A program made the position numbers and the translations under genes. The notes under the pieces were generated by a model that had not been told where the DNA came from, made no database searches, and saw only the letters and a program-made list of their open reading frames with translations. A DNA stretch of 64,000 bases from a virus (Duplodnaviria; Caudoviricetes): IMG/VR virus record IMGVR_UViG_3300013121_000037, positions 1-64,000 of that record. The stretch is one strand, 5' to 3'. This document shows positions 1 to 8,545 of the stretch, one piece after another. The first letter of the stretch is position 1, and the number at the start of each line of letters is the position of its first letter.

Positions 1-269
1 GCTGTCTCCGTGTCGTAGATCACCCGGTCAATGGCGAACACCAGGGTGTCGGTGCCGTCGCCATTGCTGTAGGTGAGTCCCGCTGCACCGCCACTCGGAT
101 CCAGCGTAAAGCCAGCGTGCCCGCTAACGGCCTCCGACAGGACGATGGTCAGCGTCTCGCCGTCGCTACCAATGGTCGCTGATACCAATTCGGGCGGCGT
201 GCTATCCGACACCACCACTGCTTGAAAACCACGCGGCACCCGCCGCAGATAGCGCAAGGATCGCCGCAT
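1..269 (-). CDS. N-terminal part of probable virion/tail protein with Ig-like (SwmB/Big-type) domain; runs off window edge
   Basis: Manual translation from ATG at 269: MRRSLRYLRR...DSTPPELVSATIGSDGETLTIVLSEAV, open to position 1. Confidence 0.5.
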   Translation of the reverse strand, partial: MRRSLRYLRRVPRGFQAVVVSDSTPPELVSATIGSDGETLTIVLSEAVSGHAGFTLDPSGGAAGLTYSNGDGTDTLVFAIDRVIYDTET

Positions 270-273
270 ATAC

Positions 274-786
274 TTACAACCTCGCATACAGGGCATTCAT
301 GCTCGTCACATTGGCGTTAATGTCAAAGACCACCTGCACATACTGCATCCCCTTGGTGTCCAGCAGCAGATGCCCCGTCAGGTTGTTCGCGGGCGATAGC
401 ACCTCCACGCTGACATTGGCGCTGCCATAGGTTAACGTCATGGTGTCCACAAACCGCTCCGTGTTCAGCACACTCTTGCCTGCCACCCCCACCATCGTGC
501 AGCAGGTACAGGCCACCTCGCAGAGCAGCACCGGCACCCACAGGTCGGTACTGAAGCGATACCCCCAGACCCGCAGGTTGAAGGTGCCGTCATCACTGGC
601 CACCGCGTACGGCACCAGCAGGAGATTGTTGTAACTGCGACTGGCCCCGCCCTGCCGCATGTCAATGACCCCGGCACCGGTCGGTTCTGTCGCCGTCGCC
701 GCCACGGACGGAAACGAGGAATCCGTGCTGTTGGTCGCCCGCGTCTTGGCGAAGTCGTAAATCGGTGTTTGCAAGATGGCCGACAT
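274..786 (-). CDS. hypothetical virion structural protein
   Basis: 170-aa beta-rich ORF in minus-strand structural cluster. Confidence 0.5.
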   Translation of the reverse strand: MSAILQTPIYDFAKTRATNSTDSSFPSVAATATEPTGAGVIDMRQGGASRSYNNLLLVPYAVASDDGTFNLRVWGYRFSTDLWVPVLLCEVACTCCTMVGVAGKSVLNTERFVDTMTLTYGSANVSVEVLSPANNLTGHLLLDTKGMQYVQVVFDINANVTSMNALYARL

Positions 787-806
787 TTTTCCTCAACTCC
801 TCACAC

Positions 807-1340
807 TCAGGACGCCACGGACACCTCGCCACGCACCACCAGTTCTGTTAGCGGCAGGACATAGATCATCTCGAACCGCAGCACACTCTGCCCCCAACCG
901 CGCTTGTCCTTGCGCTTTTCCGCAGCCGTCCCATCCACCAATCGCATCGGTTCCGCCAGCAGAATGTTGCCCGCCGCATCCTCCGGTGGGAAAATCTCCA
1001 GCGCCGCCAGTACCGCCTCCTCCAGTGCCAGATGCCGCGCATCATCCCGCAGCCAGTGCAGATCCTGCCCCACCTCATCCACTTCCAGCCGAGTTCGTAC
1101 CGCTATCTCCAGAATGCGCCGTATCCGCGTGTCGTACCGCCCTGCCCCCGTTTCATTCCCGGTCGGCAAGAACGAACCGGGACGCAACAGCAGGTCCGCG
1201 TCCCCCATCTCCAGCGGCACCTCCGTAAACGGCCTGGCCACCAGCAAAATGCGGTCTGCGTCCAGTACCTCCTGCGCCACCAGCCACGCCTGCACCGCTT
1301 CCAGTACCGTCCGAATCGAGGATGGTTTAACAGTCGCCAT
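807..1340 (-). CDS. putative tail-completion/terminator-like protein
   Basis: Size and C-terminal pattern (GWGQSVLRFEMIY) resemble tail terminators; start at MATVK chosen by eye. Confidence 0.35.
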   Translation of the reverse strand: MATVKPSSIRTVLEAVQAWLVAQEVLDADRILLVARPFTEVPLEMGDADLLLRPGSFLPTGNETGAGRYDTRIRRILEIAVRTRLEVDEVGQDLHWLRDDARHLALEEAVLAALEIFPPEDAAGNILLAEPMRLVDGTAAEKRKDKRGWGQSVLRFEMIYVLPLTELVVRGEVSVAS

Positions 1341-1467
1341 GCCCACAGAGTGACGCAAACCACCGCCCTAACGCAAGTTTTCAGCAAAATTTCAGCCAAC
1401 AAAAAAGCCACTGCGCAAAATGCAACTGTTACATTTTGCGCAGTGGCTACCTGGATGCTGGGTCAGA

Positions 1468-1704
1468 TCACTGACCGGGCAGGTCAAACACCGGCAGCGC
1501 GCGGGCAATCCCGGCACAGGACCAGAACATGACCTGCTCCAGATTGGTCAGGACCAGCGAAAGTTCCCGCCCCTCGGGCACCAGTTCCGTCAGACGGTGG
1601 GCCAGCGTCCGGCACTGCTGCCGTACCTCTTCCATCTGCGCGGTCTGGTCCGCCTGGAGTGACTGGCTGGCAAAATCGTGATTGATACGCTGGTTCAAGT
1701 CCAT
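1468..1704 (-). CDS. Acb2/Tad1-like hairpin-domain protein (candidate immune-signal sponge)
   Basis: Motif VPEGRELSLVLTNLEQVMFWSCAGIAR matches the RExSLAxTxLEEAxxWAxAxIAR family pattern; GGAGCAGG RBS before ATG 1704. Confidence 0.6.
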   Translation of the reverse strand: MDLNQRINHDFASQSLQADQTAQMEEVRQQCRTLAHRLTELVPEGRELSLVLTNLEQVMFWSCAGIARALPVFDLPGQ

Positions 1705-1761
1705 GAGATAACCTGCTCCCGTCAACAAGGGTCCAGAAACGTGGTACGTCATGCGACTCAA

Positions 1762-1953
1762 CTACCGCTGTTCCTTGTTCCTGACGACTGGAGCAGGTTG
1801 CTTTACCTGCACGGCGATCCTGAACTGCAAAAAGGATTGACCTGTTGTCAGGTTGCAGTTTCTGTCCACCTGATAATCCAGCACACCACCCACACGCGGT
1901 TCCATGTCAGCCAGCACTGCATTCACATTCGCCTTCAATTCTGCAAAATCCAT
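1762..1953 (-). CDS. small hypothetical protein
   Basis: 63-aa ORF with AGGAGG RBS. Confidence 0.55.
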   Translation of the reverse strand: MDFAELKANVNAVLADMEPRVGGVLDYQVDRNCNLTTGQSFLQFRIAVQVKQPAPVVRNKEQR

Positions 1954-1964
1954 AAAACCCTCCT

Positions 1965-3830
1965 TTAACTCCCGATGATCTGGGTCACGGTTGCCAGGTC
2001 GTTGCCAGTGTTATAGCCAGCAAAGGGCCGCAGACCCAGGCCCACCAGAGCAATCAGATTGGTCGTGCCCGCCCCAATCGTCACGCTGGCCCGCACATAG
2101 GTTTCGCCCGCAGGCAGTTCACTGGCCCGCACAAAGATGACCCACTGCTTGTTGTCATCATCGCCCGCCGTTTCCTGGACGATGGCTTTGGCCGTCACAT
2201 CGGCGGCACTGGTGAACCCCGAGTTGTCATCGCTTTCAATCTTGAAGTCCACCGTGTCGTCGTTGGCCCCCGTACACAGCACAAACATGGCCAACTGGAA
2301 CTTGGTCATGTCCACCGCATCAGAGGTTTTGGTGGCCCCCGTGCTGTCCTGCGGGTCGATGGTCGCCACCACCTGCGGCAGGTCACTGACCGACTCCAGC
2401 GAGGAAATCAGCGTGTCTGCCAGGGTTTCCGCACCACCCGTGTCTGATGGCAGTTGCAACCCAAGTGCCCGCATCCCAAAGACCCGGTCAAACCACTCCT
2501 GAAAACCACCGGCGCGGTCATTGGTCACCGCCACCGTGATCTTGTCGTCAATGATCCAGTCCGTGGACCCCGAGAAAACCGCCGCCCACGGCCCCTGCCC
2601 ATTGCCGTACAGGTCGGTCGCCTCACATAGAGCCAGATGGTCGATGTACACACTCTCGGTGTCCGTCAGGGCAGTGGTCACCTTGATGCGCAATTTGATG
2701 GTCGTCGGCAGCACCCGCGGTGTGCGGAAGAAACCGTTGAAGGCCGCGTAGGTACCAGAAGTGTCCGAGTAGGCAAAGGATACCGTGTTGGCCGTACCGG
2801 CATCGTCATTGATGACCGTGCCCGAACCATCCACCAGGGAAATGGCCACCACCCCTGCCGTCAACCCAGCGCCCGAATCCTTCGCGAAACAGTTGAGCGC
2901 ATAGACCGTTTGCGGCTTCAGCGTGGCCGTGGTGCCACTGGACGAGTTGAAGGTCTGCGCGATTTCCGACAGCACCGGACTGGACTGACCCTTGAGGCGC
3001 AACGCCTTGCTACTGCTGGCGTAGACAATGCTGGCCTCCTCCAGAATGTCCGTGCCCGCCACCCCCGCACTGCCCACCGCCCAGTTATCCGGCACATTGC
3101 TGGTGATGGTTTCAAACCCGCTGTTGACCAGCAGATTGCCACCCGAGTTGTCCAGTTCGGCGTTGACACTGGTCAGTTGCGTGTTGATGCCGCTGCCACC
3201 CGGCCAGTTGTAGGCCAGAGCATCCGACACCGCTGGTTCACCACGCACCTGGAACGTCTCGCTCCCCGCCGTGCCGCCCTCCTGTCCATCCGCCGTGCAG
3301 ATGGCCTCCATCGTCTCGGCCAGCAGCAACTCCCCACTGCGGCCATCCGGGCGCTTCACCGACACAATCAACTTGCCCGTGCCCGTGTTGGCACTGCTGG
3401 CAGTCGGCGTCATCGCACAGGTGGAGGCATCCACATCATTGTCTGGGTTGTACAGCGTCCCGGAACCAATCATCTGGGTTTGCAGTTCCTTCAGCGCCCC
3501 CGCCACACTTTTGTCCACGAGGGTAACATCTGCGTCGCAGGTTTCCACAAGTACCTGTTCCGCCAGCGTCTTCAGGGATTGCTTGTACTGGTCCAGTGCC
3601 GTCAGTGCCTGTGCCTGCGTGGCGTACAGCGACTGCGGCGTTTCCAGCACATATTGCAGGGAGGAGGTGAACTGGGCGCGAATCTTGGCGATCAGTGCCC
3701 CCACCGAATCCAGACCGCCCGCGTCGATGTCCCCCGACGCCAGGAACTTGTTCACCGAGTTTATACCACTGAAGCAGGCTCCCAAACGCGGGAGCAAGCC
3801 TCCTGGGTTGGTCGCTAATGTGACGGTCAT
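1965..3830 (-). CDS. large virion structural protein with CBM-like (NLLxNxxFE) beta domain
   Basis: ~620 aa, T/S/G/A/D-rich, NLLVNSGFE...PDNW motif typical of CBM4/9-like folds. Confidence 0.5.
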   Translation of the reverse strand: MTVTLATNPGGLLPRLGACFSGINSVNKFLASGDIDAGGLDSVGALIAKIRAQFTSSLQYVLETPQSLYATQAQALTALDQYKQSLKTLAEQVLVETCDADVTLVDKSVAGALKELQTQMIGSGTLYNPDNDVDASTCAMTPTASSANTGTGKLIVSVKRPDGRSGELLLAETMEAICTADGQEGGTAGSETFQVRGEPAVSDALAYNWPGGSGINTQLTSVNAELDNSGGNLLVNSGFETITSNVPDNWAVGSAGVAGTDILEEASIVYASSSKALRLKGQSSPVLSEIAQTFNSSSGTTATLKPQTVYALNCFAKDSGAGLTAGVVAISLVDGSGTVINDDAGTANTVSFAYSDTSGTYAAFNGFFRTPRVLPTTIKLRIKVTTALTDTESVYIDHLALCEATDLYGNGQGPWAAVFSGSTDWIIDDKITVAVTNDRAGGFQEWFDRVFGMRALGLQLPSDTGGAETLADTLISSLESVSDLPQVVATIDPQDSTGATKTSDAVDMTKFQLAMFVLCTGANDDTVDFKIESDDNSGFTSAADVTAKAIVQETAGDDDNKQWVIFVRASELPAGETYVRASVTIGAGTTNLIALVGLGLRPFAGYNTGNDLATVTQIIGS

Positions 3831-3937
3831 ATCTGCTACCCCACGGTATTGCTGGCCAGTCAAAGCAAAGCAACCGCAAGAGTAGAAGATGGGAAAGTCT
3901 TAAAGCAAACGAAGTGTGCAGTCTAAGGTGAGCAAAA

Positions 3938-4660
3938 CTAGACAGTAGCATTTTGCGCAGCAACCTGCCGGGCATGGCGCAGACAGGCATCCGAAAGGTT
4001 TGCCAGTGCCTGGTCGCGCGTCGCAGGCCAGGTCCACTCACATTTTTCCTGACTGGTGGTTACCAGGATGTTGTACAAGACTTCAGGCAAGTGATTATTC
4101 ACTTGCCTATGTTCCTGCTCCCAGAAGAATGCCCAGTATTGCCGGTTGGATCGCTCTGTCAAAAACGGTTCCTTGTCGCTCAACCAGACCTTTTGTACCG
4201 GGCATTGCTGGACAATGGCCGGACCATGTTCCAGCCAGTCGCCACACAGACAACGCACCATTTCGACAAAACCACGGCAAAACCGGCAACCAACGACATA
4301 CCCGGCATACTGATACCGTACCAGGGCAACTTCGGGCAGATACTGCACTGGCAACCACGGCCCCGGCAGGTCACACCATTGCCGACAGTACTGCTGCAAC
4401 AACTCACGCTCACGCTGCCGCAACCGGCACCAGATACAGGGACGGTCGTTTTCCAGCAAACGGCGGCATTCGCACAATTCCCGATAGCGCGGGTTGGTTT
4501 CCTGCCAGGCAGTCAACCGGGCAATCTCACACTGCACCCGGATAAACTCGGCACGCTCTGGCTGTCCGTGTTCCTCCAGCCAGTCGGCAAAAATGAGGCG
4601 TGGCGCGTCAGCAGCGGGATCGTCCAGAATGGCTGCCAGCAAACCGACTTGCTCGGTCAT
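3938..4660 (-). CDS. TIGR02996 domain protein (copy 1)
   Basis: LLAAILDDPAADAPRLIFADWLEEHGQPERAEFIRVQC; stop codon lies inside 33-bp repeat. Confidence 0.85.
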   Translation of the reverse strand: MTEQVGLLAAILDDPAADAPRLIFADWLEEHGQPERAEFIRVQCEIARLTAWQETNPRYRELCECRRLLENDRPCIWCRLRQRERELLQQYCRQWCDLPGPWLPVQYLPEVALVRYQYAGYVVGCRFCRGFVEMVRCLCGDWLEHGPAIVQQCPVQKVWLSDKEPFLTERSNRQYWAFFWEQEHRQVNNHLPEVLYNILVTTSQEKCEWTWPATRDQALANLSDACLRHARQVAAQNATV

Positions 4661-4711
4661 CGTCTTTTCTCCAACACACTGCACAAAACTAGACAGTAGC
4701 ATTTTGACCAG

Positions 4712-5530
4712 TTACGGTTTGCCCAGTAGCAAATCCAGCACCCAGCAACCACGGTAGTGTGCCGGCGACAGCAACAGGAAACCAGTGCCGCCACAGTTGG
4801 CGCAGTCAATCCAGTCCTGAACCACATCCACACCATAACCACGCTGGATATTCGATCGTTTGCGGTCCTGGACCACTTTGGGACGCTGACGGGTTACTCT
4901 GGCCTTGCCGGGAAACCCCAGCAGGTGCCCCTCATGGCACGCCGGACACCACGGCGGTTCCCGCAGATGAGTCAGGATGTCCACCCGATCACAACCCGCT
5001 TCCTCAAGCGCATCCGCCAGGATGGGTAACTGCTCCCAGTCGCGATTGTCGTAGATGGCTTTCGCCAGCGCTGGCACGGTGCCATCCCGCCAGGCCAGCC
5101 AGCGCGTTAGCGGCGGTTCAACCCAGTCCACAATGTGCCCTTCCGGCGTCTGTGTTACCCGCCGCAGTTGCGGACGCCGAAAGGGATTGCCCACAATTTC
5201 CCGCAGCAGTGCCGCACGGACAGCACGCGGCGCATGGGCAACACTGGGATGCGCCCAGCGCAGTGCCCATTCCGTATCACGATAATCCGGGATTACCGTG
5301 GGAACTGTTTCCGCTAAACAACCTGCTGCTTCGTTCCTATCAGCGTACTCAAGAGTTAAACCATCCGCCAGACAGCAGGCGATGGCAAACATCCGGCACT
5401 GGCGGTAACTGATACGCCAGCGTACACCTGAGGTATGCCAACCATACTCTGGTCCCTCTGCTGGTTCGGGCAGCATCCAGTACAGCATGGCCTGCGGATC
5501 AGTGCTGGTCAGCCACTCCTGCTCGGTCAT
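4712..5530 (-). CDS. Gemmata-type multicopy hypothetical protein with inserted CxxC zinc finger (copy 1)
   Basis: MTEQEWLTSTDP...LLREIVGNPFR...LADALEEAGC...HYRGCWVLDLLLGK; paralog at 50228-51106. Confidence 0.7.
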   Translation of the reverse strand: MTEQEWLTSTDPQAMLYWMLPEPAEGPEYGWHTSGVRWRISYRQCRMFAIACCLADGLTLEYADRNEAAGCLAETVPTVIPDYRDTEWALRWAHPSVAHAPRAVRAALLREIVGNPFRRPQLRRVTQTPEGHIVDWVEPPLTRWLAWRDGTVPALAKAIYDNRDWEQLPILADALEEAGCDRVDILTHLREPPWCPACHEGHLLGFPGKARVTRQRPKVVQDRKRSNIQRGYGVDVVQDWIDCANCGGTGFLLLSPAHYRGCWVLDLLLGKP

Positions 5531-5563
5531 GGTGATTGCTCCATTTGCTGCGCAAAACCTTCT

Positions 5564-5902
5564 TCACAAAACAGTAGCATTTTGCCCAGCGCGATAACGC
5601 AGGCAGGCTGCACCACCCACCTCGAACTCGCGACAGATGTCGGGTCGATGCTCGTAATGGCGGCAGCAGTGGGCGTCCTGGTCGTACCAGACACAGGGCG
5701 AACCATCTGCCGGTCCCTGCCAGTGCCCACTGTTGAGCCAGCGCTGGTAAGTGGTCTGCACATCGTCTTGCAGATGTGCAGGCAAGGTGGCGATGGTGCC
5801 GAAAACACGGTGGTAGGTGATCGGCAACCCCGCCTGCGTTTCACAGCACAACCCACACCCCTGGCAGGATACCACCAGCGGCAACTCAATTCTTTTGCTC
5901 AT
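5564..5902 (-). CDS. YkgJ-family CxxCxxCC cysteine-cluster protein
   Basis: CQGCGLCC...CVWYD...CRHYEHRPDICREF. Confidence 0.8.
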   Translation of the reverse strand: MSKRIELPLVVSCQGCGLCCETQAGLPITYHRVFGTIATLPAHLQDDVQTTYQRWLNSGHWQGPADGSPCVWYDQDAHCCRHYEHRPDICREFEVGGAACLRYRAGQNATVL

Positions 5903-6489
5903 GCTGTCACCTGATTCAGTTCCCGTTTCAGCCAGTCCCGCAGGACCGCATCCAGCGTACCCGTGGGCGGCACCACCCGGGCAGCCCGCTGGGCAATCTC
6001 GTCGTTCAAATCCCGCTCCCGCTCGTGGGCCTCGCGGGCAAACGCCAGTGCCAGATGCAGGTCACTGGTACGCAGCACCTTGTTGCCAGCAGCATCCCAG
6101 CGAATGAACTCACTACCCGCTGGCGACACTTCCCGCTCCGGATAGGGCACCCGGTAACGATAGCCCTTGCCGTTGTCCGTCCAGCCAGTTAGCGCCCACA
6201 CCGTACCCGCCAGCGTCAGATGGAGATAGATGCTGGCACACTCCGGAAACCGCACCGCCGGATAGGCGTGGTCGCAGAGGAGGTCAAAGGTATCCGGACG
6301 CTCCAGCGGCAAACGAAAGGGCGCCAGGTCCCCCAGCACGGCATCCACCGCCACCTGCACCCCCAGCCAGCGCTGCGTCAGGTCGGCCTCCCGTTGCTCC
6401 CGCTGCCGCCGTTCCTCAACTTCCTTGCGGCGCCGGGCATCGGTGAGTTTTTTCACCCCCGCCGCCAACGCCATCTCAAATGGGTTCAT
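5899..6489 (-). CDS. hypothetical protein
   Basis: ORF from MNPFEM, coupled to next gene by ATGA overlap. Confidence 0.55.
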   Translation of the reverse strand: MNPFEMALAAGVKKLTDARRRKEVEERRQREQREADLTQRWLGVQVAVDAVLGDLAPFRLPLERPDTFDLLCDHAYPAVRFPECASIYLHLTLAGTVWALTGWTDNGKGYRYRVPYPEREVSPAGSEFIRWDAAGNKVLRTSDLHLALAFAREAHERERDLNDEIAQRAARVVPPTGTLDAVLRDWLKRELNQVTA

Positions 6490-6553
6490 GACTCGCCCCC
6501 AATAAAAGCAGGTGGGCAAAACTAGACTGTTCACTTTTGCCCACCTGAACCTA

Positions 6554-6964
6554 TCAGATGATCTTGTTTTGTTCCCGCAGTGCGATGCAGGCGCGAATGT
6601 GTTTGCACCAGCGCCCGCGGAACAGCGCATCGGCACAATCGCAGATGTGGTTGCCTTCCTCAATCAGTACATGGTACTGCTCGCCATCGTCCTTCTGGAG
6701 CAGGTACGCCTCGCCCCAGTCCGAAGCGACCTTGTGCAGGTCGTAGCCAGTGACCACCGCTTCGCCCTTGCGGTTCGGTTGCGTGATGATGAACCGGGCA
6801 TTCCGCAGTTGCCTGTCGAACCCGCGTTCCAGTCGCACACTCCGCTGCACTGGCTTCTTCTCGGAAGTTGCTGGCGTGGCAGGCGTGGGTGGTGTCTCGG
6901 TCACGGGTGGCTTCTCAATCTTCGGACGTTGCCAGGTCGGTTGCTGCCAACTATGAACTACCAT
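6554..6964 (-). CDS. SWIM zinc-finger protein
   Basis: YHV...ICDCAD...WCKHIRA. Confidence 0.75.
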   Translation of the reverse strand: MVVHSWQQPTWQRPKIEKPPVTETPPTPATPATSEKKPVQRSVRLERGFDRQLRNARFIITQPNRKGEAVVTGYDLHKVASDWGEAYLLQKDDGEQYHVLIEEGNHICDCADALFRGRWCKHIRACIALREQNKII

Positions 6965-7045
6965 CGGTGCGTCTCCTCGCTAACAGGATGCGTGCCCGAG
7001 TGGCAGGTGTTGCAACCACCTGCCACTCATCGCTTTGTCTAGTAG

Positions 7046-7075
7046 TTATTCGTTGCCGGAAAGCGAAGATTTAAC
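7046..7075 (-). promoter_or_regulatory. bipartite promoter-like motif GTTAAAT-N16-CGAATAA
   Basis: Exact match upstream of SWIM gene. Confidence 0.7.
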
Positions 7076-7428
7076 AGAAAATGCAGCCAGCCAGCGGATA
7101 CGCGACTTGTCACCCACCCGTAAGCAAGCGACCGCGCTTGTAAGCGACAGATACCAAACCTCTGTCCGGGATTGTTTACCGCTGTCCTCTCTGACTGGCT
7201 GCGACTGGTGTGGGTCGGTCCTGCCCCGACTTGCCTTCAGCGCTCTCCTTGTACCCGTCGTCTTGCGCTGGACCGGACCATGCAAGGACTGATGGAAGGC
7301 TACCCTCTCGTAAGGTGGAATACGTCCACTAGCACGTCATCTCGCCGTGCTGCCACACCACAATGCAACCGGCGGGATTTGAACCAAGCACGCCCGTAAG
7401 ATGGCGCCGGTTGCCTGAATCGTCCCGC

Positions 7429-7671
7429 TCACTCCTGCTGTAACCAGAACAGTTGGCACGCTGGGCGTATGGTTCTGCTCAGGTCTTTCTCATGCCGGAC
7501 CAGACCACGCTGCTTTAGAGCTGTCAGTAATTTTCTGCCGCTATTGGGACTGGTGGCACCTACCGACAGCATCACCTCGCGTATGGTCACCGGTCGCCCG
7601 GCCCCCAGGATAAACCCCAGCGCCTGTAACTGTCTGCTGGTAAGAACGCCACGCCCACGCAACTGTGCCAT
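7429..7671 (-). CDS. LexA-like winged-helix DNA-binding domain protein (no peptidase domain)
   Basis: LTSRQLQALGFI...PVTIREV...SPNS...LTALKQRGLV...RTIR. Confidence 0.7.
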   Translation of the reverse strand: MAQLRGRGVLTSRQLQALGFILGAGRPVTIREVMLSVGATSPNSGRKLLTALKQRGLVRHEKDLSRTIRPACQLFWLQQE

Positions 7672-7962
7672 GTGCCAATCACTCCAAGAAAAAGCCATCC
7701 CAGAGCAGACGTTGAACCTGCCAGTCGGCACCAGCCAACCGTTGCCTCGACACGCAATCTGGGAGGTGCTTCCCTTACTGGCAATTCTAATGCCAATTAC
7801 GTGCCAATACCATTCGCTAACCACTGCGCAAAAGTAGACAGTTGCATTTTGCCCGGTACTGTACACCAATACAGTGTTGTGCGCTGGAGAGGTTTACCGT
7901 AGAATCTATCCCGCTGGTTGAGGATTGAGGTGTTGAGAAAAAGCAAGCGGGGTGAGCAGAAC

Positions 7963-8487
7963 ATGGGACGCCAGGAGCATCCGGCAGTGAAAGCGAAAAA
8001 ACTGGTCGCCAACTTTGGTCCGCGTCTGCGCGAATTACGCCAGCATCGCGGCTGGTCCATGCCCATGCTGGAGACAAAATCCGGTGTCCTCGGTGCCAAT
8101 ATCAGTGACCTGGAAATCAATGGCACCGAACCCACCTGGACCACTGTTTTGAAACTGGCCCTCGCCCTGGACATCAACCCCATGGAGTTCACCACCCCTG
8201 CCGGTAACCTCCCACCCCATCCTGACCTGCCCAAAGCCGGACGCCCCATCGAGGAACCGGACTGGTCGAAAATCTATCCCCGCCATGCCACCCAGAAAAC
8301 CCGCGCCGCCAGCCTCCTGCGCAACCTGCGCCTCCAGCGCCACCACAGCCAGGCAGCGGTCGGCAAACTCATCGGCGCCGACCAGGCCAAAGTCTCCGCC
8401 ATGGAGCGCGGTCAGGCCGCCCTCAACACCATCCTCCACGCCATTGAGATGCTTGGTGGCGATGTCAGCGAATTTGCGGAGAAGTAG
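7963..8487 (+). CDS. XRE-family regulator with two HTH domains
   Basis: FGPRLRELRQHRGWS...ISDLEING and LRNLRLQRHHSQAAVGKLIG...VSAMERG. Confidence 0.8.
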   Translation: MGRQEHPAVKAKKLVANFGPRLRELRQHRGWSMPMLETKSGVLGANISDLEINGTEPTWTTVLKLALALDINPMEFTTPAGNLPPHPDLPKAGRPIEEPDWSKIYPRHATQKTRAASLLRNLRLQRHHSQAAVGKLIGADQAKVSAMERGQAALNTILHAIEMLGGDVSEFAEK

Positions 8488-8545
8488 AAGCGCACCCTCT
8501 CCGCAGTTACGGGCAAAATCAACCTGGTCCGACATGCATTGCTGG

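Noticed and set aside
7364-7414. tRNA gene
   Set aside because: Only 51 nt with no D or anticodon arms and a poor T-stem; kept only as a tRNA-like motif.
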